Part shown: positions 1 through 12,172 of the stretch, one piece after another | Layout: each line of letters begins with the position of its first letter | Position numbering within the stretch: the first letter of the stretch is position 1 | Assembly: GCA_008632985.1 (NCBI GenBank) | Contig: QPGO01000070.1 | Coordinates: 248,001 to 312,000, forward strand | DNA length: 64,000 bases | Reading direction: 5' to 3' | Source: Psammoneis japonica | Lineage: Eukaryota | Notes under the pieces: generated by a model | Database searches by the model: none | What the model saw: the letters and a program-made list of their open reading frames with translations, nothing else | Told to the model about the DNA's origin: nothing | Made by a program: the position numbers and the translations under genes

Positions 1-1060
1 CCATGCAGCAGCAAGTGCATCCTTCTTGCAGTTGTTGTCCAACCAACAATGATCCACCATGAGATCATGAAGGTGTGGAACAAGATCAATGGGAAGGGCA
101 ACTCTCTGGCCTGCGCAAAAGGGGCATCGACCTCAGCTCCCTTTTTTGAGTCCAGTGCCAGCTTGTTGTGTGGCCTTGCAGCTGGTCATTTTTACACCAG
201 AGTCTTGCTCCTTTTCAACCAGATGCCAGTTGAATGGTTTTTCAAGTGCCAGAAACATGTCAAGACAATGGCTGCACATGAAACTGCTTTGTCCGTGTTT
301 TTGTTTGAACCAGCCAGATGTCAACCAAAAATGTGACCAAAAATGGTGTGTGTGCAGCAGGCGGAGAGCCATGAAGAGATCCCAAATGAAGAGCTGGGCA
401 GAGAAGAGACCAACTCACCACAACCACTGCAGCTCCAATGTTTTCAACTGGAGAGCCTCCAGTGTGGGCCAGCTTTTTTCATGGACTCGACAGCACACAC
501 GCGCACACAATCAACCAGTGTCTCGACCCGATGCTCTTTTGCTGCAACTCCTTTGCATGCCAACATCTGCTGCAGTGCCAAGAATTGTCATTGTCCCACC
601 TCTTGTCTGGCAAACTGATCTGCCAGTGCTTTTGACAAAAAGGCCATCTCTTTGTGGGGGTGTGCTGCTGCCTCCTTTTGCACACCACCAGTCGGTCCCA
701 GGTGGTCATGAGGATTTGCTTGACACTGACATGTCATGCCTCAACTCAGAATTTCAGCCAAATTGCAGCCAAAAGCTGGCAAGAGTTTTGGAACAGGGAG
801 GCCGATGGGTCAGTGCTGCTGTGTGACAGGCTTCTTGAGAAAGGGGGAGAAAAAGGGCTGGAGAGGAGGTGAGAGCTTGTGTGGTCTCCACTCTTGTCCC
901 CCTTTGTGTGGGCAGAGCCTTGGCCTGTGCTTCTCACAGCTTTGGCATGGTGGGTGCTTGTAGTCATCAGATGCAGCGCTGGCCATGTAAGAGAACACAG
1001 ACCAACTTGTGTTTGCTGTTTGCTGCAGTTCCAATGCCACATTGGGGGCACACAGTAGAT
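1..1060. other. TpA- and CpG-depleted decayed block (unidentified repeat/pseudogene remnant)
   Basis: Almost no TA or CG and rich in TG/CA; overlapping Cys/His-rich ORFs in many frames; TA returns abruptly near 1085 (catatataatgtat). Confidence 0.6.
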
Positions 1061-1249
1061 AGACGCGGTGGTGTGAGCATGTTCAACATATATAATGTAT
1101 GGCATTGAATAAACGTATTTTCGCGATCTTTGCGATCAAGATTCAAGATACCCACACCTAATACCGCGTACCATCCAAAGTTGCAAGTATCACCTTCATT
1201 GTTGACAACAACAAGCAGCTTTTCACAACGACGTGAAAGCCATCGCATC

Positions 1250-2991
1250 ATGACGTTCAACGTCCTTTTGATTGTTGCGACTGTTGTTTGTAGGCAGCAT
1301 GCTGTCGCGTACGCTCCCGTGTCGCCCTTGTTTCAACGCGTGCGGCAAACGGCATTGCCGTCCATGAAGGGCTCTGCTCGAAACGATTTTTGTGTATTGA
1401 AAATGTCATCGACCGCATCAGATGAGGAAAGCGATGGAAACAACTACTTTCGTCGCAAGGAACGATTTGCTTTGCCTTCCGACAATGTAAAATACAACAA
1501 CCGTCCCAGCAACTTGGCAGAACGCGTCGCGATTCGAGCATTTCATTATGCAAGTCGCAAGTGTGTGCAGTGGGGTGCCCTGTCGACTTGGAATCCGTTC
1601 GTCAAGCTTCTGAGTTTTATATTGTACCAGGCGGATATTCTTTGGGCTGGAGTAGACAAGGAGTACTATGTCAAACGTCGTGCCATGTATGGACCAAACT
1701 TTATTTCTGCTATATGTGAGTAGCCCTTTTGTTCTGCAGCTGCATCTTGGAAAGCCTTCTGCAAGGCTGATGCATCCGTCACAAACAAGACTCGCTCAAC
1801 TTTTCCATTGCCCCTTTTTTGTTCTTTTCGTTTCGTTCAGCGGTCGTTGTCAGCAAGTTTGATCCAGAGGCAGTTGCGGAGGATTCGCTGGATGCACAAT
1901 TGATTGGCTTGCCACAAAAACGTGGCTTGTTCTTAGGGTCAACCATTATGACTCGAGACCATTTGCCTCTGGACGCGAGTATTACGAATCCCGACAAAAA
2001 GAGAGTCGTGTCGCCTTTGCATGTTTCCGATCCCGGTGTGGAAGAAGACTCAGCAGCAGATGCGTTGGACCATGATGACCTTCGCAATACTCTCATGGAG
2101 AATGTCTTTAGTGATACGAAAATGGCTGGTATTGAAGCACGTGCCAAGGACAGCGTCACGCAGAAGTTGCTGACAGACTTTGGAAACGAGGCCAAGGGCC
2201 TGGCGGATTCTGAGGCGCTGTCACCCATTGTAGAACGGTTTCTTATCCGCTACTATCACTACGTCCTCTTTGCTCTTCCAGCAGACGACCTGCCCGTGGA
2301 TCTCTTGTATGATACCTTCTTCAAAGGTCTAAACTACATTCTGTATCTCTTTGGACCGAAATGGCTCTTTAGTGGACTGCTGAGACCCATTGTCAAACCC
2401 AAACAGCTGCAAGAAAAACTCGATCAAGTCCGTGAATACTACCTGTCATCACCAGTCCTCAACGACTACATTTCGAGTGCTACTGGGGACAAGGCTCTCA
2501 GCAAGGATGGTTTCGTAGAGTTGCTCAAAATGATTGTCGGCGTTGCGGCTCTCCAAGGAACCAAGGCATTGTCGATTGCCTGCATGACACAAATGCCAAA
2601 AGGGTGCGTAAAAGCCGCTGTAACGTCAGACGATCCGTCCTTGTTGCGCAAGTCTATTCTAGAAGTGGCTCGTCTCGACACACCCGTAACTGGAGCTCAT
2701 TGTATTACTCAGGACGAGTTTGAGACAACTATTGGAAACAAACCACTCAAATTCCCGTCGGGTACCGTTGTTTTCACCGCCATGACACTTGCCAATACAG
2801 ACGAGGAACGGTTTGAGTGCCCCTATACCTTTGATCCTGAGCGAAAGGATTTGTCAGATCGTCTTACGAGTTTTAATTCTGTTGGGGAGCGTACAGGCGC
2901 CTCGCCTCGGATCTGCCCGGGTCGCAACGTCGCCGTGGACTGCGTTGCTCAAATGCTTACAGCCAAGATCGATGCCGAGAATGAGAACTAA
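1250..2991 (+). CDS. Divergent cytochrome P450, probably plastid-targeted; 2 exons (intron 1716-1840)
   Basis: ExxR (EVAR), PERF-like FDPER and heme motif FNSVGERTGASPRICPG; signal peptide followed by AVA-YAP; the GTGAG...TTCAG intron joins ORFs 1130..1723 and 1819..2991 in frame. Confidence 0.85.
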
Positions 2992-3478
2992 CGAGACCTT
3001 GCGACTTTCTCCAATCCCATAATGACGGATAGTGATCAGATTCTCTGGTTTTTTCAACTCCCTCTCGTCCAGCCTCCGATACACGAGGCCACTATTATTT
3101 GAAACCACGGCATTGCGAAGTTTTGTGACGACTTTGAGCAGAGCGAAGGCATTTCCTAATATAAACCTGCCCAAACATAAAATAAGAATCAATGTAAACA
3201 AACTACCCGATGACATGTGGGGCAGAGATTCTTTCCACTAGAGAGTCGATCTGAGAAGGACTGCCTGCGACTTTTCCAGAAGATATTGAAACCCTCTAGA
3301 GGCTACTCAATCTAGTTCGATAAGGTTTTTAATTTGCAGTACTCTCCCTAACAAAGACTAGAATCGCTTTCACAGCCAACATCATACAATCAACTCTATA
3401 CAGGAGATGGCTTAACAATCAATTGCTCCTCCCCAGAACATTGATCCCAATCACAACAAGCATCTGACCGACCAACTT

Positions 3479-4752
3479 TTAGGTCGCCTTGGTGATGGTC
3501 CAACGCAAGTAGTACTCGGCAAGCTCAAAGGGCCAGAGCAACCAGTTAAAGGGCGACGGCAAGGAGAATCCCAGAGAAAACTGAAAGTAAAAGCCGGCTG
3601 CCGCAAACAGATACGATAGACCTTCATCGACAACACTGTCGGAATCATCCATTGGAATCCATCCACCCAGAGTCCAACCACGAGCGACGCAAAACTTGTA
3701 CACGGCGCGAGCCATCATGAGTCCACCCGTCAGAGCCGATGTAAAGGCCGAAATGACACTCTGTACATACCAGGCAATCGACATGGCAAAGGCCTTTGAG
3801 ATCCTGAGAATGACATTGAGAAGACACAAGGAGATGGTGAGATTTGCCAGCTGTAACATACTCCTATCACTCTCTAGCAACTAGCCAGCATTCATTTTTC
3901 CTTACCATCCAAGTACAACAGGAACCCATTTCTGATATTCCTTGGGAGTCGCGAGATTGACCGTGGGTGCAATGAAACGGTTCATGGGCTTTTTCAAAAA
4001 GTCCGAAATAGCCAAGGCCATGGCAATGGTACGAGCAAACTGAATGGCCAGAACCGCCGCGACTGCCAGCCAAACCTTGTAGAGAGACCCAATGGCCTTG
4101 TCAACCTATACACAAAGACGAGGATTTATTCATCAAGTGTGAGTCGTCAGGGGAGGAATCCATCAGTTTGTATACCATGAATACAGAAATTTATATCGGT
4201 TCTCTCTTACATACCTTCTCAGGATCCATTTTCTTCATGATGAGTTTAAACTTTCGCATCAACAAATCTTTTCCTTCCATTTGTTCCACATCCGCCTTTC
4301 CATCGTTATCATCATCTCTCTTGTCATCCTTTTTGGATTCCTCAATGATAATCATGGCTTCCTCTCCCAAAGCGCCCATGGCTTGCGACACGGTCTTCAT
4401 CCCTCCGTGACCGGCGGCTTGCACGGCTGCAAACAAAACAGGATAGAGTCCACCAAAAAAGCAAAAGACAGTTCCAATCAAGAATTGTGCCGTGTTCTAT
4501 TAAACGACAAAAAGAGGTGAATTGTAAGAAGTTGATTTCAAAGAGAAAAAATATTGCTCTCCATGATACAGAGATACACAATTAATTCGGGACTGATACC
4601 TTTGGGAGCTTGACGAAAAAGGCATGTGCTGCCATGCAGAACTGAATCATGAGGGGTAAAGCGAATGTCACAGCTGCAATGAGAGGCTTGGCAATGCCCT
4701 GAAGGGCCTTGGCCGCACCCGTAAGTGCATCCTGAGCGTTGTTGTCCGCCAT
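3479..4752 (-). CDS. Multi-exon hypothetical membrane protein
   Basis: Coding-like pieces (MADNNAQDAL..., FCFFGGLYPVLFAAVQAA..., SIAWYVQSVISAFTSALTGG...) separated by GT-AG introns; several hydrophobic helices. Confidence 0.7.
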
Positions 4753-4879
4753 GGTGGTGCTGTTCTTTTCTGCAACGGGGCGGCGGCGTGAAGCGTGAAC
4801 CCAAATTGCAAAAGATCCGAAATCCGGGTCCCGCCGATCTCGGCGCACTCGCTCACCGTTGGCATTCCTTTTTACTCCA

Positions 4880-4978
4880 ACTCTACTACCTTTACGGTAG
4901 ATAGCTAAGAGTAGCTAGCTACTACTTCTACTCTCTAGAGAGCTAGCTACTAGCTAGCTAGAGCTCTAGTAGTAGAAC
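4880..4978. repeat. CTAG/TAG-rich low-complexity intergenic element
   Basis: gtagatagctaagagtagctagctactacttctactctctagagagctagctactagctagctagagctctagtagtag. Confidence 0.75.
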
Positions 4979-5082
4979 CTGTTTTGCGTCAAGCGACACA
5001 CACTACCGCCACGTACAGACTGTTCTTGCTATAGTCTACACTATGTGTTAGCATATTATTTCAATACCCCGTTTCTTCAAGT

Positions 5083-6876
5083 TTATGCCTTTTCTACAAA
5101 ATTGTCAAGCTCCGCCTTCTTGGCAGCCGCGGCACGTTCCTCAGGTGTACCAATGTACACCTCATCCAATTGGTATCCCATAACTTTCTTCTGGACCAAA
5201 GCAAGCAACCATGCTGCAGAGCAGACACCTGAAGTCTCCACGATCAGACACAGTCGGATAATCGCGTAGATGAGTGGGTCTTCCAAAAAGGCAACGGGAA
5301 ACGACGAGGCAATGATGCGCCATGCCAGAGATCCAACCACGGTGGTAATGACGGCTCCGGGCAATCCCGTGTTGAATAAAAGCTCCACGCCGTCACTCAC
5401 TCCAAAGATGGTTTCCTCACCGGCCGCGACATCGACATTGCAGTTCGTGATGCGCGCAACAATAAACATGCAAAACGTCACGAGCATTTGTCGGCCAATT
5501 AGAAATGCCTGCAAGTTGTTGCCACTAAAGGTAAGGTCACAGCTCTTGGCGGCTTTTGGGTGCTTGGCCATTTCGTCATCGGGCAAGTTGACAACGGCAA
5601 AGAGAGCAATCTGCATACCCTCCAGGAGACCGACAAAGATCAAAAGAAAGACCAACAAAAGACAAGAGACCGAGTCGGGAACTCCCGGCCACATGGTCGT
5701 CTTGCCCTTGTAGAGGGCCCACAGTGTCAAGGCGCCAAAGTAGCCCAAGGTGACGCAGGAAAAGACGACGCGAGTCCAAAAGAAAATGGCTTGTACGAAA
5801 TTGCGCGGCGGTTCGGACGACTCAATGGGAGTCTTCGCAATCTTGCTAAAGACAATCTGTACCAAATACACCGAATGCAAGAGACCCGTAGCATCAAAAA
5901 AGAGTGACACGTACGTTGTAAACAAACCAAAGTACGTATTGATAAAATCGAGCATACAATTTGCCGCGTTGATTTGTGCCACCTGACCGAGCATGACGGC
6001 ATTGACCGTGACAGAAATGCCCGATCCGAGCAAAATGTTGGTCAAATGGTCATTCATGCCAAAGACGGAAACGCCTGGCACGGGAAAGGCCATGAGGTTG
6101 GTGACAAAGACTACCAAGACAATCAAAAACTGCCGTCCGACAATAAAACGTTCCATATTATCACCCTGATGAGCCAGACACGTGCTTTTGTACGCATGAG
6201 GATGCGTTTGACAAAAGAGCATCTTGTCAATGGGCTGCAGACCCACGAGACAGCTCTGACTACCCTCCATTTCCGCCAACCAGAGAATAAGGACCCAAAA
6301 GAGTACCATAAACGCGGCGCGGCCAGACATGCTCATGTCTGCGGTACAGACCGTTTGTTGCGTGGCAATCGCGGCGGTACAAACATACATGGAAACGAGC
6401 AAAAAGGCCATGGAAAAGGCGCATTTCAAAGTGTCCACCGCAGAACCAATCAACGGATGAAACGTTTCCTTCTTTTCGTTCGCAATAAACTCTTCCACGT
6501 CGTGCTGGTGTTCTTCCTCGCCAGGATAGTGCGCAAGATGTCCGTGTTCATCAGCGACGGGAAGGATCGTAGTCTCCTTCATGGCTTTTACACAGCTGTA
6601 GACAATCTCGTCGTCTTTGTGTGCCATGTCGCGATTGAACTCAATGTAATGACCATTGGAAGGGGTAGTATACGACGAACCATCGAACGCAGCCGCCTTC
6701 CGAGAGGTATTACCACTTTCGGTGGCTGATTCGGTAGAATTAATGCTGCCGTATTTGACTCTGCATATGACAAAAAGAGAGAACGTGAGAGTCAGAAAAC
6801 AAAAAATCAACGAATCGACGTTGACTATAACGGCATCACTCCTACAATGCTGAACTTACAAACGAGACGCAACCAT
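5083..6876 (-). CDS. SIT: Silicon transporter; short exon 1 (6876-6860), intron 6859-6761
   Basis: Paired EGxQ/GRQ motifs (EGSQ...GRQFL; EGMQ...GRQML), CMLD motif and about 10 TM segments; ATGGTTGCGTCTCGTTT|gtaagt splices in frame to cag|AGTCAAATAC. Confidence 0.93.
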
Positions 6877-7573
6877 GTTGAAATTTTGAAATCAAAATTA
6901 ATGTGCCGAAAGCGAGTTGTTGTTCTCCATCGGCAGTCAGTCTCCTCGCTCGGATTTTGATTTCGATTTCGGTTGGAGTTTTTTGATGAGATCAGAAATA
7001 CCCGTAACGGTCTCACATTTTTGCTTTTATACATCTACTAAAATGTTATCCTATCACGCTAACGGTTAAAGTTCAACTCTGACGTGATGCGCGTCATCAT
7101 AGATGATAATTTGTAGAAGTGTACCGTACGTACTTGGTATGATAAATAAGGAATCGGAATGATTGATTATTGTGCGCATTTTTCTACCAGACTCTACGTG
7201 AATCTACATATGTCATATATTTTATAAATATGTAGGATTCTACCATGAATCCGGTAGTATGACAAACTAAGAATTGGATTTGATGATTTGTCCTTCGCAT
7301 TGGTACCAGACCCAACGTGATTCTACACATACACCGCAATGACATCACTTTCGATCTCGCATCCATGATGATCGGCGGCTGTCTTTTTGATTTTTCGCAT
7401 TGTTTCGGCACAAGGTTTTCGAGACAACGGTACTGTCGATAGCCCCTGGTGGACATCATCATAAAGTCGGCGACTACAAGTCAAAGTACCTGTATTATTC
7501 ATACCAGGACAAGCATCGCGTTTTGCTGCCCATCAAGCAAACCTTCCGATACGATCAAAAGAGAGACATACAC

Positions 7574-9247
7574 ATGGCGAAAAACATGAAAAAAAACGGT
7601 CCCTCTTTACTCTCCCCCAAGGTTGTGTTTCTCTTGGTGAGTTTCGCACTGGGTCAACTGGGAGATGGTCTCAATATTTTCAAGGAGTTTATCTCGTTGG
7701 CATGGGCTGGAACGAGGGAGTGTCGGAGTTGCACTCAGTCTCATGGGCCTCACGGCTCTGGTCGTTCAACCGTGGGCGGGTGATTGGGTTGACAAGACGA
7801 CGGTCGATCGTCGTATCTTTCTGGCGGTTGCCAGTCTCATGACGGCGCTTTCCGCATCCTCCATTTTGCTTGTTGGCGAGGGCAATACCGGTCACGCCTT
7901 GATTTATGTGACCAAGGTGGTGGAGGGAGTCACGGCTTCCTTTCTTGGGCCCTGTCTAGCTGCGCTCACGTTGGCAACGTTTGGGCCGTATCACTTTGAT
8001 GCCGTCATGGCTTCGAATATCCTATGGGGACACATCGGATCGGTTGTGGCTGCCATTTTGGCGGGATGGGTAGCCTTTGTCATGTATCCGCAAATCAAGC
8101 TATGCTTTCTCGTCATTGGAGCATCGGCACTCTTTGCTTGTTTCTTTGTCCAGTATTTGCCTCAGGGTGACCCACTCATGGGACGTGGATTTGCGGGGAA
8201 GGTTGCCATGGACGAGGACGGTCACATGGAGCAGTTGGAACCCGAGGAATCATCATCAACGACTCAAGCACTCACGGTGATAGTGAAGACGCCGATGCTC
8301 CCCCGAGGCCGCGTCCTACTGGGAAGTCTTTGCCGACGTCAAAGTGTAATTCTTTGCGTCACCGGCTTTTTCTTTCAGTGAGTTATTGCGTTTCTTCTAG
8401 TGTCATGCATTATTTCATTATAGCTTTGGATCCTAATCGTATGCGATTGGCATTCCACTCACCCCGTTTTTGTTGTCGTTGTATTTTGCTTATTTACAGC
8501 TTTGCGAATGCAAATGTACTGCTTGTCCTTGGTGAAATGATGGGCCACGACAAGGAGGATGGAGGACAATCACGAAATGCAATTCCTCTCGTTGCCGGAG
8601 CCATTGTAACGGCTCAAATCACAATGTCCTTGGCCACCTATGCTGGAGACAAATTGACTCTGGGTGGAGTGGGCGGAAGCCACTCTTTTTGTCAGCCCTC
8701 GCTTCTCTCCCCGTACGATGTGCACTCATTATATGCTTCAAAGATGCTGGTAGTACAGCTCTATTGTCAACTCAGATCTTGGATGGGCTTGGTGGAGGCT
8801 TGTTTGGCCTCGTACACCCCTATTTGGTGGCGGATATTACCTTTGGGACGGGTCGCTTCAACGTTCTGAGTAAGTTCAACTCTAGTGGGTCAAACTGTAT
8901 TACATGCGTCCTCCTTGCTCATGTACAAGATTATTGCGTACATTCCTTTTTTTTATATACACAGTGGGATTGACTGCATCGTGCTTTGGTCTTGGAGCGA
9001 CGCTTTCCAACTTTTTGGGCCAAATGGTGGTGGAACAGTTTGGACATGTGGCCAGTTTGGTGGCCTCGCTTCTACTTTCCCTCATTCCACTGTTGCTCTT
9101 TCTGTTATGCCGGAGACTCTGGGGATGCGGACGCAACACCACCATCAGCTACCCAAGGCATCATTGTCGAAGGAAGAGGAGTCAAATTACCAGCCCATGG
9201 AAGTTGGTGCTGTCGGTACCAATGGTTCGTACGGCTCGTTCGACTAA
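7574..9247 (+). CDS. Major facilitator superfamily transporter (introns; apparent frameshifts)
   Basis: MFS motif-A-like GDWVDKTTVDRR, many TM helices and ADITFGTGRFNV; introns near 8379-8499 and 8869-8964; 1-bp frame changes near 7680-7720. Confidence 0.75.
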
Positions 9248-9408
9248 TGATTGATTCCAATAACCTGGGCTCCCGGGCCCATGGACGTGTTTTCGCACAC
9301 AATCGGTACACACGGATAGTTGCGGTGTAGTACGGGTTCTCTAGCTAGCTAAAGTATAGTAAGCTATGAAAATATTGCGCATAGCACAATTACAATTAGA
9401 TTTTCGTG

Positions 9409-11628
9409 TCAGGAATCCAAGGCCTCAATAGCTTTGACATTCAGGTACTGTTCAAAGCTTTTCCTACGGAATATTCTCTCTTTTCTCGGTCTACCGTTAG
9501 CATTCTGTGAAAGAGTTATTGCTTTGCGTCGGAAAAAAATGCGGGCAGCATGCACCACGAAATGCTCTTTCCTCGGTCTACCGTTAGCATTGCTTTGCAT
9601 CGGCCATTGCATGCGACCAGCATGCATCATGGAGCTCGAATTCTCCATGGGGCTGGGCACATGCAAACTTAATTTCCAGGCAACCCGAAAGATAGTGAAC
9701 AGCAAAAGCTTGGGAACAACTGTGGTGTTTTGCATCACCTGTCGTTTGTGCCAGTGGATTGTTCATCTGAGATCATGATGCCAGGTCAATCCTGGGACAG
9801 TGGCATGCTTTTCAGCAATGTGATGGCCCAGCCAACACACACAGCTTGGCAGCCCAAATGAGACCACAGTGAGTGGCAGCAGCACTGTCATCTGTGACAG
9901 GGCCAAATGCCAAATGACTTTGCCCTGGTCACTCACAGTGTGTTGATTTTGCCCATCTCTGTGCATGGCCACTGAAATTTTTTTTGAGGTTGTCGACAAA
10001 AAGGTGAAGGCCATGAATTCATTCTGGACTTGACACCTGTGCCCCTTGTCCTTTCTTTTCATCCAAACAAAACCATTTTCAATGCCACATGGGGGCTCCC
10101 ATTTTGCAGATGCTGCACAACAAAGATTCTTGCACACATCATTTTCATTTTGTCAGCAGGGAGCACCGGCTTTGTTTTTTGCTTGCTCGGCACATGAGAG
10201 AGACACCACATGCCGCCACCTGTCAGCACTTGACTCATGCAGAGCACTGCACAGATTTCACTGGCCACTGCCAGAAACCAAGTGAGCTCTTCCAACTGGA
10301 AACTGTGTTGGAAGAGATGCATTGTTGGTTGTTCTTTCTGGCCAGTGAGCAATTTCCATGCTGGCTCAGAAGTGCTGCTGCTGTGTGGCCATGACATTCT
10401 TCGTCCAGCCACATGAGCTCCTCCAGTGCTGGCATCTCATGGAAAAGTTGTCTGTGGCAACCTTGGATGAAAAACAAGAAATGTTTGGCACCACAAACTC
10501 AATGAATCTCCACTTCATCTGTGGACCTGCTTCAAGCACTGTGGCAGGAGGAGGTCTTGTTTTTTTGCATTGGCTGGGGATTGGGAAAGCAGCTGAGATT
10601 CCCAAAGATGCAGCACTGCACAGCTGTGGCTTGGCAACTTTTCACAAAGTCAACACCACCCTTGCTGCTGAGATCATCAATTGCAAGCTGACAGCACCAG
10701 TCCAATGGCACAGCATCCCATTTTGGTGCCCTCTCACAGTTGAGCAAAATCACAAAATGCTGGCAATGCAGTTGAGCCACATGAAAGTGTCGTTTGGAAG
10801 GATCGCCTTTTTCAGCTGCTTTTTTCCACCCACTCTCTTCAAAAGTGAATGCAGTTGTTGCTGCATCAATCTTTTTCTTGATTGTTTTTTTTGCATCCTC
10901 TCCATTGTCTGCATTGAAAAGGTGCTGCACAGTCTTGTTGCCCCAGAGCAAGTCGCCACCACAACAACAGCAGTGGGTGCCAACTCATTGGTGCAAGTGT
11001 GTCGCCACCATCAGCACCACCAGCACCATCATCGTTGTGAAAGAATTTTTCTTCTGTTGCCAATGACACTTGTTTTTTTTTTCCTTTTTCTTGCACTCTC
11101 ATTTTCCTGCAATGTCTGCACATGCTTGTTTGCACCACACCCTGCGGCTCTCTTGCACTCCCAAGTTTCCACTTTCTGGCTGCAGCGCTTCTCAACAGCC
11201 AACATCACACACCTGAGATTGTTGGCTCTTATGGGCATGTGGTGCCTTGGCACTTCTTGCTCAATGCAAGAACAGCACCCCACAATGGAAAGCTCTCCCC
11301 TGCTCCCAAACTGCCTTCTGAGAAAAAACCTCTCTGCAGTGTTCTCGGCCACGTCCTCGTCATTGTCTGGGAATGGTGAGCCACATCTGCTCAGTGCACT
11401 GCTCAGCTTCTCAGCATCAAATTTCAAATCTTTGTCAAATTTGCATGCCTGTTTTGGCATGTGCACAAAACAGCTTGCTCTGACCCATCTGTGCTGAATC
11501 TTGGGCATTTTGCGTGCATCCCTGAAGTGTGAGGTGTGGCAGCACCAGTGTGGCAGTTGTCGACCGAGATGCTCAGACCACATTGCCTTGCAACATGATT
11601 TTGACATGTGCTTGCTGTTGATCTGCAT
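9409..11628 (-). mobile_element. Decayed transposase-like gene in a TpA-depleted block (possibly DDE type)
   Basis: Fragmented minus-strand reading frames with only weak recalled resemblance to DDE transposases; TA/CG depletion ~9540-11895. Confidence 0.35.
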
Positions 11629-12172
11629 GAGGTGACCAGAGAGGACTCAGCTGCAAAACCTCAAAAATGCCTGTGTTTTTCGAAAGTTCCACTGCTGTCT
11701 CCTGCTTTTCCCCATGATTCAAGATTTTTGCAATGGTGTCAAAGATGACATGTCAGGAAAATCTGGTGTGACACACACAACTTCTGTGGCATTTTGGTTG
11801 GAGACAGGAAAGCTGCAACTTCCGCATTTCTGTCGATTCTCATTTCCATCCTGTGCAGCGTTGCAGTGACAGTGCAATCAAACAAAAGCACATGATTTTA
11901 TCGGTGCGGACAGACACTGAAACCCGCTGCGGATACCACCTGTTTCTTGCACTACTAGCTCTGCGTGCACTGTACGGCATGTAAAATTCATACCGAAGAC
12001 AGCGAAGATGGAACCACCCAATCAAATCGTCAAATACTTGCGGCTACAGTACTCTGCTCACAAAACGAAATTTTCGAGTCACATCAAAACCTCGATCAAA
12101 AGATGCAACAAAGATAATTTCTCTTTAGCCAGAGAGAGAATCATACATGTAGATGAAAAAGGACAAACGAAG

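Noticed and set aside
9482..9592. Short direct repeat (ctcggtctaccgttagcatt) as att site or TSD
   Set aside because: It is a local duplication within the tail of a decayed ORF, with no partner at the other end of the block.
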